From an uncultured virus (IMG/VR IMGVR_UViG_2579778730_000001) (taxonomy: Duplodnaviria; Heunggongvirae; Uroviricota; Caudoviricetes): a DNA stretch of 64,000 nt. Each line of letters opens with the position of its first letter. Positions within the stretch are counted from its first letter, which is position 1. The translations under genes were made by a program, and so were the position numbers. The notes beneath the pieces were generated by a model that was not told the DNA's origin, did no database searches, and saw only the letters and a program-made list of their open reading frames with translations. The stretch lies in the IMG/VR virus record IMGVR_UViG_2579778730_000001, one strand, 5' to 3'. Shown here piece by piece: positions 49,301 through 57,575 of this stretch.

Positions 49301-52300
49301 GAATGCGGCCAGCTGACGCTCCAGGATAGCCGTTGCGTTCAGGAACACACCAGGGGCCTGTACCTGCCCTTGCATCATCTCCAGAGGCTCTTCAAAGAAG
49401 AACTGATCGTGCGGGTTCCCCTCAGCCACCGTGATGTTAAGTGCATTGCCGTCTTTACGCCCGGCACGACCAGTACGCTGTAAGTAATTAGCCTGCGCGG
49501 GTGGAACAGAACAGAGTAATACCGTAGAAAGGTCACCCACATCGATACCCATCTCCAGCGTCGGTGTTGCCGAAAGCAGGTTTATATTCCATGGCTGTTT
49601 ACCGCGGTAGAACGATTGTTCCGTAGCCTCACGATCTTCACGGCTCAGTAATCCGGTATGCTCTGCCCCCTGAACACGAGCGATGTCCATATTATCCCAG
49701 TGCCAGGTCACTGTATTTTCAGTTTCCTGATAGCGGCCTTCACAGCGCAGAGAAAGACATGGCGCGTTTCGCCAGTGCCACCCCTGATCGGCCGGTGCCC
49801 GAACAACCTCACGACAGCAAGAGCAGTTTAGCTGAACAACATCTCGGCTCACTACCAGCGCTGAAGGTACTAGCCCCCAAGCTTCTTTGCCTTTTGTGTC
49901 AAAGTCTTTTACCAACCCGGCCATTTTTAGTGTCGCAAACAGACGTCGTAAAACCGTCTCGGCCAGGCTGCTGATAAACAGATTATTGCCGTTGCTGAGC
50001 GTTCGGTTGATCCAATGCTGATACCAGCTGGGGTTGGATTTCGCACCAATCAGACGATGGAAGCCATTTATTTTTTCAAACGAGGCATAGGCCGGTTTAC
50101 GCGTTTTCGGACCAATAGATGGCATATAGCGTGAAGTTCGCTCCTTCTGCGTCATCATAAAGGTCTTGCCCTCACGACGATAACTTTCGAAAGCCGGATG
50201 CAGAACAGCTCCCGCCTGCCGCTGATGCCAAAGAACGCCAATCACCAGGTGTGCCACCTGCTCAACGCTGACCCCAACCATTTCGTCACCCAGCTCTTCG
50301 ACAAGCTGTTGGTGAAGCGTCGTTATCGCTGAATTGAAACGTGCAACATCAATTCCTGCAGCTGCGTAACCGGTGGCCTCCAGCGTACGTCCAATTCGTG
50401 CGCGTAGGGTAAATTCGCTGTATACCTCCCAGTCGAGACGAAGAGAAACCAGCTCCGGTAAATCGGAACTCTCTGCCAGCTGGCCTTCGTTCTTCAACGT
50501 CTGGTAATCGTTCATCCACTGCATGTTGGGCGCGATGAAGCTCGCGGCAAAATGAGCATCATCCGGTGAACGTTCACGCGTCTGCTGGCAGACACGTGTC
50601 GCAAAGGCATCCAACGGTAACGTTTCTTTTTCACCCAACACGCTGGCGATTTGTCCGCGTACCATCAACGGCCAGGTTCGGGCGGTAAAGAAACTGGCGC
50701 GGTGTGCGGCATCCTGTACCGAGTCAGAAAACGTAATCAGTTTTTTATGTTCGTTGAACTGGCTGCCATAAAGCTGATGGATCATCACCGCCGACAGGCT
50801 GGCTGCCTGTGACCCAAGAATCGAAATACCCTGTTTGCTGTTGCAGTACGGGCATTCGTTGGCAAATTCCAGCTCATCCTTACGCTCTTTGAGCATATCC
50901 GGGATAAGTACTTGTAGCAGACCAGTATGGCCACAATGCCCGCACTGCACGTTAGATTGCTGATTGAGCTTTAAACAGGAAGGGCACAGCTTCTGGTGAA
51001 CACCGCTGACAGGTTTATCGTTGTTATCCGGGAAGGCCAGTACAATAGAACGGCCTTTTTCGAAGAACTGACGATAAATACCGTCCAGATCAGTTTCGAG
51101 TTGAACGCTCTGACCATGGCGCAGGCTCGCCCACCCGGTAGCATGGCAGTCACGACAGTGAATAACGGGAAGATAATGTTCGCGATCTTCCACCGCGACA
51201 TCATCAGCAAAAACAAGCTCAGGTGTTTTTGACACGCTGGCAACCAGGCGGCGCATCTCGCGCAACCACAGCTGAGAACGTAGTTGCACAAAAGGCAGTA
51301 CGGGCCTCGCTTTGTTCACCTGTAGGCGCTTTTCCCGATCTTCCTGTTTTTCTGGAACGTCCAGGCGCGCCTGGGCAATCAGTGCCAGAATGCTTTGCAG
51401 CACGCGGGTTGCATGCCCGGCGCTTTCCGCCAGCATCACCTGGAGATTTTCCAGGCACTGCTGTTCCGACAAAATTCCCCCCTGCAAATCCTCAAGGAGT
51501 ACGTGCAGGATGCTGTGGCGACGTAACAATGAGCCCAACTCAATACGCTTTTCACGTCCGAGATCGCTGTCCAGATCGGCAGGTAATTGCAGTGAACTAT
51601 TCGGGAACCACAGCGGAATTTGTCCGTTCAGATAATCTACCGGGCTGGCGTACGTTTGCGGATCCAGCGCTGCGCTGACATCCTGTCCCGGATACTGACT
51701 GTACTCGATGGTATAACCTTGCAGATACTCTGCCGCCGTGTAGCGATCTTCGCGAATAACCGCGTCATCGCTAAACGGCTGATCAAAGATCGTTTTTGCG
51801 TAATCGAGTAGTTGTCCCAGTTCGTCACCTACGGTAGCCGACGTCCCCACGCAGGCAAAACGCTTGTCATCAACCCCGATATGATGCTTTAAGCGGCGCA
51901 CCAGACAGGCCAGATCCGACCCCTGCGCACCATCAAACGTATGCAGTTCATCCACCACCAGATAACGCAGTGACCCTGGCTGGTTATAGCGCCAGAGCTT
52001 CTGATCGCCGGGGCGCATCAGCAGGTAATCCAGCATCTTATAGTTAGTCAGCAGGATATCCGGTGGGTTCTCGCGCAGGGTATGTTTGCAGGTGATGACT
52101 TTATCTGCAGACATCTTTTTGCTGGGTTCGATTTCACTATCGCCGACAAACAGGCCGACGGTTACTTTGCCATGCAACTGCGGATCGCTGGCGATAGTTT
52201 TGGCGAAACGGCTGGCCTGATCGGTTGCCAGAGCGTTCATCGGGTAAATGATGATCGCTTTAACACCGGCCTCTGATGCCCCCGCACAATGGTTAAGCAG

Positions 52301-52651
52301 CGGGAACATAAAACATTCCGTTTTACCAGAACCCGTCCCGGTCGCCACCAGCGTCGGTTGAGGCATCTCGATACCCAGGCGCTGAAACGCCTGCGCCTGA
52401 TGCGCGTGCGGTGGGAACGGCAGCGTCAGGTTAGGGAAGAAGTTCAGCGGTAAGTCACTTTTACGAAACGGCAGCTGAGCGGAAAGATACGGCCCTTTCA
52501 GCAGCGTTTCCGGCTGGGACAGAAATTGCTCCAGCATCGAGACGTTATTATTTTCTTCACCATTAAACAGCGGGCTGTTAAGCGGGAAGGCTGCCCGTAA
52601 AAAGGAAGCAACGCTGTCGGCAACCTGCCGACTGACAACAGAAGGCAGCAT
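46310..52651 (-). CDS. YprA/DrmA-B-like DEAD/DEAH helicase with DUF1998 Zn cluster and C-terminal PD-(D/E)xK-like nuclease
   Basis: TGTGSGKT, PMNALATDQ, DELH, TLEMGIDVG, QRTGRAGR, YDTVPGGTG, CSC...CYRC, RPDY...IFLDGFAFH. Confidence 0.88.
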   Translation of the reverse strand: MLPSVVSRQVADSVASFLRAAFPLNSPLFNGEENNNVSMLEQFLSQPETLLKGPYLSAQLPFRKSDLPLNFFPNLTLPFPPHAHQAQAFQRLGIEMPQPTLVATGTGSGKTECFMFPLLNHCAGASEAGVKAIIIYPMNALATDQASRFAKTIASDPQLHGKVTVGLFVGDSEIEPSKKMSADKVITCKHTLRENPPDILLTNYKMLDYLLMRPGDQKLWRYNQPGSLRYLVVDELHTFDGAQGSDLACLVRRLKHHIGVDDKRFACVGTSATVGDELGQLLDYAKTIFDQPFSDDAVIREDRYTAAEYLQGYTIEYSQYPGQDVSAALDPQTYASPVDYLNGQIPLWFPNSSLQLPADLDSDLGREKRIELGSLLRRHSILHVLLEDLQGGILSEQQCLENLQVMLAESAGHATRVLQSILALIAQARLDVPEKQEDREKRLQVNKARPVLPFVQLRSQLWLREMRRLVASVSKTPELVFADDVAVEDREHYLPVIHCRDCHATGWASLRHGQSVQLETDLDGIYRQFFEKGRSIVLAFPDNNDKPVSGVHQKLCPSCLKLNQQSNVQCGHCGHTGLLQVLIPDMLKERKDELEFANECPYCNSKQGISILGSQAASLSAVMIHQLYGSQFNEHKKLITFSDSVQDAAHRASFFTARTWPLMVRGQIASVLGEKETLPLDAFATRVCQQTRERSPDDAHFAASFIAPNMQWMNDYQTLKNEGQLAESSDLPELVSLRLDWEVYSEFTLRARIGRTLEATGYAAAGIDVARFNSAITTLHQQLVEELGDEMVGVSVEQVAHLVIGVLWHQRQAGAVLHPAFESYRREGKTFMMTQKERTSRYMPSIGPKTRKPAYASFEKINGFHRLIGAKSNPSWYQHWINRTLSNGNNLFISSLAETVLRRLFATLKMAGLVKDFDTKGKEAWGLVPSALVVSRDVVQLNCSCCREVVRAPADQGWHWRNAPCLSLRCEGRYQETENTVTWHWDNMDIARVQGAEHTGLLSREDREATEQSFYRGKQPWNINLLSATPTLEMGIDVGDLSTVLLCSVPPAQANYLQRTGRAGRKDGNALNITVAEGNPHDQFFFEEPLEMMQGQVQAPGVFLNATAILERQLAAFCMDNWVKTGVPASAISKNVKQMLDELEFGHKSGFPYNFLRYVEQHHADIAQQFSSIFPDLTEDTRLQLLSYLQGASGQRSLVQRIEQALKLLVEDRKSLRSRIDKLKRSIDKLESDPHDQNFDSDMRELTSERQALMALVNQINNKQTLNFLTDEGLLPNYAFPEAGITLRSVLWRRKDGGETREYQNTTYEYERPASTALAELAPLNNFYAGGHKVEIEQIDLKLSEPENWRICSHCNYSENIDQTGDQHKYCPKCGTPGWADAGQKTTLLKLRQVYARSSARDSQISDESDSREPAFFQRQLLVSFEKEDVSAAYAIDEGEIPFGFEFLSKVTLRDINFGKMADDANELMIAGEAKKRTGFKVCLGCGMVQRPRDHEPRHDLSCKYRAEPEKAKFEDYLYLYRQLESEALRILLPVTSYSNDRVVEASLGAAIQLGLKHYFKGNVDHLKGVVYREPENEGESWRQYLVIYDTVPGGTGSLKELMRTPDNLLKLLELAYKALVECSCNHDTHKDGCYRCVYAYRDRGRMKYVSRDQARLLLAKILKASASIRVIDSIKNISLDAMMGSELEKRFIHCLQDNKNLLVSRSYAHQNAGWIINTRTEPAMSWHLKAQIDLGVKEGVGILSRPDYVLYPLMQSEKIKPVAIFLDGFAFHKDSVSDDVQKRQAIKDSGNFWVWTLTWADLQEQGIKHVQNVMGLGHNPDMKQPKFYNLFHDTNFATLEGSFRERNSFALLLDYLSDPGNKTMLWQKMAAAFAWVWLDPKKSQDTGAKQKYAYEMQENAPAYRLNALLPDEPFVFGGLLDSCSSSQQFIELAAVVPQQAIKSTTSIEQMRNWLRLHICFDDRYSQDDGYEAGFNGFWWMVNLLQFLPDMTFTSRKAVHLPQEAETVKMQTSVVVDIQPDESWAEILEFGLLGAEEIALLQSLSLPAPTVGYELQHDDGEIIAEADLAWPLQKQALIIDNQEFTALFASKGWHVAFGPIDENTLQHLSGGDK

Positions 52652-55600
52652 CAGGCGCTCTCCTTATCTTGTGCAAAGAATGACCAGGCAACTTTATAGT
52701 CGTCTTCACGGTCGGGTTTGATAAAAGGTGCCTGCCAGGTGACGGTTCGGCGCTCGCCTTCGTCGCTGCGGGTATAGTCATCAAAAGTGACGCTGACAGT
52801 GCCGGTTTGCAGATGCTTGACATCATCCCAGCCGATGGCTTGATCGGTGCAGTCGCCGCCAGTCCATTCAGGGCTGTCGACGTTAAAGACAAAACCATTT
52901 TTCAGGTCCGCTTTACGTGCGGTACGCGGCAGGCCGACGCCCACCAGCCCTTTGCTTGGGGTAAAAATAATGCGGCCGTTTTGATCGTACCAGGTGTCCG
53001 CTTCGTACTGGCGCATGACCGGGAACTGAACGCGATAGATGGTGAGCAGTTCTTCAAGAGTTAACCCTAGCGCCTGCGCCACCAGTACGTCGATTTCCAC
53101 CAATGCCTGGCGGCGGCTGTAGTCGGAGCGTAAAGCGCAGTTACGCTGCCACTCAGGGGTCAGATTAGCGAAGAAATCTTGTGGAAGTTGCGGGAGATTG
53201 CGGCTCCAATATTCTTTTTTGAATTCAGTTATATAAACGGAGCTCCACAATTTTTTATAATGCTCTGTTATACTAGCCAAACTCATCGACCTTGCATGTA
53301 AAGATGCTCTAAACTTCTCATTATTTAATAATGGGAGTTGATTAACTAACGACTGATTTGCATGCCCCATTCCAGTACACTTGACTCTATAATCTACGAC
53401 AATGGACAAAGACATTGAAAAGAAATCGAGCAAATCAGAGTTATTTTTAAAAATAGTACTTAGACAAGTATTAATATGGGAAATACCTGGAGGTATTATA
53501 GTTGCGATAAAAGTCCGCTCAGAAGTTGAACCAATCATTTCCCGATTAACAAATCTATAACTATTAGTCACAGGAAGAACATTACCATTCCAAGAAACTG
53601 TCGGAATTCGACTTAGAAAATCGGAATACTCACAATTAGGAATATAATTAACCCTAGGAATATAATTATCAGGAATGGTCATCAAATCAATAGAGTCATA
53701 GTCACTATTTAATTTGCATACGCTCCGTGGAGTTTTATAATAAGCATTACCCACAAAGAAATGCGGACCAGATAATATCCATTGAGAAACACCAGAAGGA
53801 AACTCTGTTTTCCTTTTAGTTGTACCATCTCTTTGAGCAAATGTTTCATCAAACATCACGGTAGAATAATAATCGCTTTTTATTGAAGATAGTTTTTTTG
53901 ATTTAACATCAAATTTTCGTAGAACATCCAGTAATTGTACCGTATGTAAAGCTGGAAGCCTCGCATGCAGTTCCGGGGTTGAATTATCATCAAATATTCC
54001 CGCAAACAAACGTAACTCATCAATAGTAATTGTCAATACTCTTGATTTATGGGGGGATATATTCCAATTTATTTTCAGCTTTTCTCCATTGTAAGATTCT
54101 TCTTTGATGCCAGGGATCTCCCCTTGATTGTCATGCAACAAACTTGAATCTATCGTATGAACAGAGAACAAATTTGACATGTGCGTAAACGAAGGCGAAT
54201 CTTGCAATGGGCCATAAATATTAATGCTAAATGTTGTTGCATGATGAACCTCGGGGAAAAGTCCTAATTCATTTTGAAATTGATAATGGTCCCGCAAACG
54301 GCCGTAAATTTTGGCGCGAAGATACCCCGCTTTGCTATCATCATAAACACCATCCGGGTGCAATAACCCTGAAACACCACGCTTCGAAATAAGCCGCCAT
54401 GAAATTGGTAAAAAACATTTATACAAATTTGTTTTTTGCCCTAATAAGCATGAAAAATTTTGCTGACTATTAAGATAGTTCTGTAATCCAACAGCGGATT
54501 CAAACTCGCTCCGCCAAGCATCTTCTAGTCCATGGATCCGTGCAAAAGATTCCTCTCGCAGAGAGGATATATTGGCAGCGCTAAGATTGCTCAGTACAAG
54601 CTCAGGTTTATAATCTCCCAATATTCCGCTTTCTTCCCATACAACCTTCAGCCATGGCGGGTTTCCGAGCATCAGGTCAAAACCGCCGCGCTCGGCGAAC
54701 AGATCGCAGAATTCCAGATCCCAATGGAAGAAACGATGTTGCTTCTTCAGCGCATCAACAATCGCCAGACGCGGCAAATGACGGAACAGCACATCGGTTT
54801 TCAGGCGACCTGCGCCGGAAAACAGCGAAGACTCTTCACGCACCATGCCCTCGTCGGCAAACAGATCGCCGGTAGCCTGTTCTGTACTTTCTATCACTCT
54901 TTCCGTGACGACAATACCGTCAAGCAGAGTCTCCATCTCCATCAGCCACATACCGCGATCCGGCAGTTCATCCGCTTTGTCGATTGGCCAGAACCATAGA
55001 GCACACCAGTAGTCCATCACCCAGCGCAGTTTCTGATAGCTACTGTTATCTTCAAGGCGACCGCTGAAGGTTTCATCTTTGCTACTTAAAGAAGAGCGAA
55101 CTTGAGCCGTGCTTTCCGCAGGCCAAACCGGGTAATTGTCGGCGGTTTTCTGGCGCTCGGCTTTCAGCTGCTGACGGAACGTGTTCCAGAGTGCTTCCAC
55201 TTTGCTACTGATGCGCTGCACATCGACAATCTCATGCGGTGCAAAGCTTTTGGTAAACTCTTTGCGCCAGCTATCCAGCGCTTTGAAATCATCCGGATAG
55301 CGCTGCTTAACGGTTTTGTCGCTGTAGTTGGCCATACCGCTGTCCGGCAGCAGGAAGTGGAAAATCTGCTTCTCTTCGCGCGGAATATTCATCGCCAGTT
55401 CAGCCGGTTCGCTGTTAAGCCAGCTCGGATCTTTCGCTTTTTTGTAGGTCAGCTCGCTCTTGTTGAACACCTGACGGCGTGCGCCCACCAACGAGTTGCC
55501 GCAGTGCAGCTGGTAGCCAAACCACGGTACAAATGCATCGCCGCTGATGGCGTTCAGCCACAGCGACACTTCCGCCAGCTCCACCGCCACCGGGTTTAAG

Positions 55601-57573
55601 TCCACGCCGAATACGTTGTTGTCGGCAATGTACATCTTCACCCGTTGCAGCTCCTGGGTGTAGCGATCCTGAGGAATACGGCGACCTTCCGCCTGCTGTT
55701 TGTGGAACAGGTAAGCTTCCGCCAGCTGGTTGATGGCTTCGTTAAGGAACGCTGCGCTGCCCATCGCCGGTTCGCACACGGTGAGGTTTAATATGGCGTC
55801 GGCTTTGGCGTGCGGATCGGTAATCGGATCAATTTGCTCTTTAAACAGCTCTTTCAGGGCATATTTGACTAACGAGCGGGTCAGCACTTCCGGGGTGTAG
55901 TAAGAGGCGGATTTTTCGCGGTCACGCCCGGCCATGCGATAGATAAAGCTGCCTTTACGGTGAATACGCAGGCTGCCGTCTTTTTCGTAGACCTTCTCGT
56001 CGTCGTGGTATTTGCCGATCTCGTCTTTGCTGACGAAGTAGCCTGTCTCCAGCTCGTTAAACTCTTCTCCGGCTTTTTTGACCTCGTAGAGGTCATCACT
56101 GGCAAAGAACCCTCGGTAAGAGAGCAGCGCTTCATACACTGCACCTAACTGGTTGATACCCAATTGGCGATAGGAGATACGCCCCCGGCGATTAAAACGT
56201 CCTTTACCCGGGCGGCTTAACGACATCGCCTGAATAATTTGTTGCAGGGTTTCGTTGCGGAACACCACACGGTTAAGAATACGGGTGTTATTCGCTTCAA
56301 AAAGATGACTTTCCAGACGCGGCACGCTGAACTGATGGCTGTGAATAGTGATCCGGTCGCCGCTCTCCAGGTCGCTCTGCATTTTCACGCCGCCGCTGTA
56401 GCCGTCACGCACCAGTTTGAACAGCATATTCAGGCTATCGTGGAAGTAGCGCCCATTGCGATCTTCTTCGCTGGTCAGCGGGATCATCTCCAGATCGCGC
56501 AGCGTTTCCAAGCTGTAGCCCTGTAGATAAGTTTTGGCGGTCATCGGCGCATAGCCTAGTTCCGGGCGCGCTTCGATATAGAACAGGAACAACAGACGAT
56601 ACATATACCGCAGGCATTCGCGGCTCAACTCATCCGGGTTAATAGCACGTTTCCCGGTATAATAAGCCAGCTCGTTGTCGATGAGATAACGCATCGCTTC
56701 ATTACCCAACAGCTCAATGCTCTCACGCAGGGCATATTTCAGATCTTCCGACACGCCAAACGCATGTTTGTGCGAATTGTCATCCAGCGAATCGAGGTAC
56801 GGCGCACCGCTGCCTGGCAACAGCGAATCTTTGTGTAGCAATACCGACGTGGCTTTCAACGTATCCGTTTCACGACGGCTTAAAATTTCTTCAAAGTCAA
56901 AGCGCAGCAGGCGGTTTTGCGCCCACTTAGTACGATCCAGCAATAACAGCTGGCGGTTACCGAGCAACAGCACAAAACGCGGTGGTTCATTTTGCGTGAA
57001 GACCGCCGTGGAGAGCAGATCCTGCCAGCTACGGTATTCGCCGTTCGCTTTTTTACGCAGACTGTCGCGCTTATGTTTATCGGTATCTGCCGGGAACTGC
57101 GCAGTCAGCAGCGACAGCGCCAGCGGATCCAGCGTTCCTTCATCCTGATCATGTGCTTCAACAATCCACAGCCACGGACTACCGTCGGTACTATTGTAAC
57201 GAGCCAACACTGGCAAAGGCGTATCGTCATCCAGCATCTGTATGTGCGGATTGAGTTCATAACCCAATGCCTTTAATAGCGGCTGCCAGCGAGTGCGCTG
57301 ATCGGCAAGACGCTGCGGGATCTGGCGCTGTTTTTCATGATCAGTGAGTCTACGGAAAAACTCTGTCGCCAGGCTGTTAAGCTGGTTCCACGGCGCGCGG
57401 TAACCCGCCTCAACCTCTTTGCCCTGTTCACGGGCAGCGCGTTCAGCTTCGCGAGCGGCATTTTCCTGCTCAATCCAGGGCTCCAGAACATCGCGGATGT
57501 CGCTGGTAAAGACTTCGCCCAGATAATGGTTGGAGTAAAATTCGTTTTCGTTATTAATACCGACCAGCGCCAT
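52651..57573 (-). CDS. Large N6-adenine DNA methyltransferase (Eco57I/PglX-like, gamma class)
   Basis: SASYYTPE, motif I CEPAMGSAAFL, GVDLNP, motif IV GNPPW. Confidence 0.9.
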   Translation of the reverse strand: MALVGINNENEFYSNHYLGEVFTSDIRDVLEPWIEQENAAREAERAAREQGKEVEAGYRAPWNQLNSLATEFFRRLTDHEKQRQIPQRLADQRTRWQPLLKALGYELNPHIQMLDDDTPLPVLARYNSTDGSPWLWIVEAHDQDEGTLDPLALSLLTAQFPADTDKHKRDSLRKKANGEYRSWQDLLSTAVFTQNEPPRFVLLLGNRQLLLLDRTKWAQNRLLRFDFEEILSRRETDTLKATSVLLHKDSLLPGSGAPYLDSLDDNSHKHAFGVSEDLKYALRESIELLGNEAMRYLIDNELAYYTGKRAINPDELSRECLRYMYRLLFLFYIEARPELGYAPMTAKTYLQGYSLETLRDLEMIPLTSEEDRNGRYFHDSLNMLFKLVRDGYSGGVKMQSDLESGDRITIHSHQFSVPRLESHLFEANNTRILNRVVFRNETLQQIIQAMSLSRPGKGRFNRRGRISYRQLGINQLGAVYEALLSYRGFFASDDLYEVKKAGEEFNELETGYFVSKDEIGKYHDDEKVYEKDGSLRIHRKGSFIYRMAGRDREKSASYYTPEVLTRSLVKYALKELFKEQIDPITDPHAKADAILNLTVCEPAMGSAAFLNEAINQLAEAYLFHKQQAEGRRIPQDRYTQELQRVKMYIADNNVFGVDLNPVAVELAEVSLWLNAISGDAFVPWFGYQLHCGNSLVGARRQVFNKSELTYKKAKDPSWLNSEPAELAMNIPREEKQIFHFLLPDSGMANYSDKTVKQRYPDDFKALDSWRKEFTKSFAPHEIVDVQRISSKVEALWNTFRQQLKAERQKTADNYPVWPAESTAQVRSSLSSKDETFSGRLEDNSSYQKLRWVMDYWCALWFWPIDKADELPDRGMWLMEMETLLDGIVVTERVIESTEQATGDLFADEGMVREESSLFSGAGRLKTDVLFRHLPRLAIVDALKKQHRFFHWDLEFCDLFAERGGFDLMLGNPPWLKVVWEESGILGDYKPELVLSNLSAANISSLREESFARIHGLEDAWRSEFESAVGLQNYLNSQQNFSCLLGQKTNLYKCFLPISWRLISKRGVSGLLHPDGVYDDSKAGYLRAKIYGRLRDHYQFQNELGLFPEVHHATTFSINIYGPLQDSPSFTHMSNLFSVHTIDSSLLHDNQGEIPGIKEESYNGEKLKINWNISPHKSRVLTITIDELRLFAGIFDDNSTPELHARLPALHTVQLLDVLRKFDVKSKKLSSIKSDYYSTVMFDETFAQRDGTTKRKTEFPSGVSQWILSGPHFFVGNAYYKTPRSVCKLNSDYDSIDLMTIPDNYIPRVNYIPNCEYSDFLSRIPTVSWNGNVLPVTNSYRFVNREMIGSTSERTFIATIIPPGISHINTCLSTIFKNNSDLLDFFSMSLSIVVDYRVKCTGMGHANQSLVNQLPLLNNEKFRASLHARSMSLASITEHYKKLWSSVYITEFKKEYWSRNLPQLPQDFFANLTPEWQRNCALRSDYSRRQALVEIDVLVAQALGLTLEELLTIYRVQFPVMRQYEADTWYDQNGRIIFTPSKGLVGVGLPRTARKADLKNGFVFNVDSPEWTGGDCTDQAIGWDDVKHLQTGTVSVTFDDYTRSDEGERRTVTWQAPFIKPDREDDYKVAWSFFAQDKESA

Positions 57574-57575
57574 AA

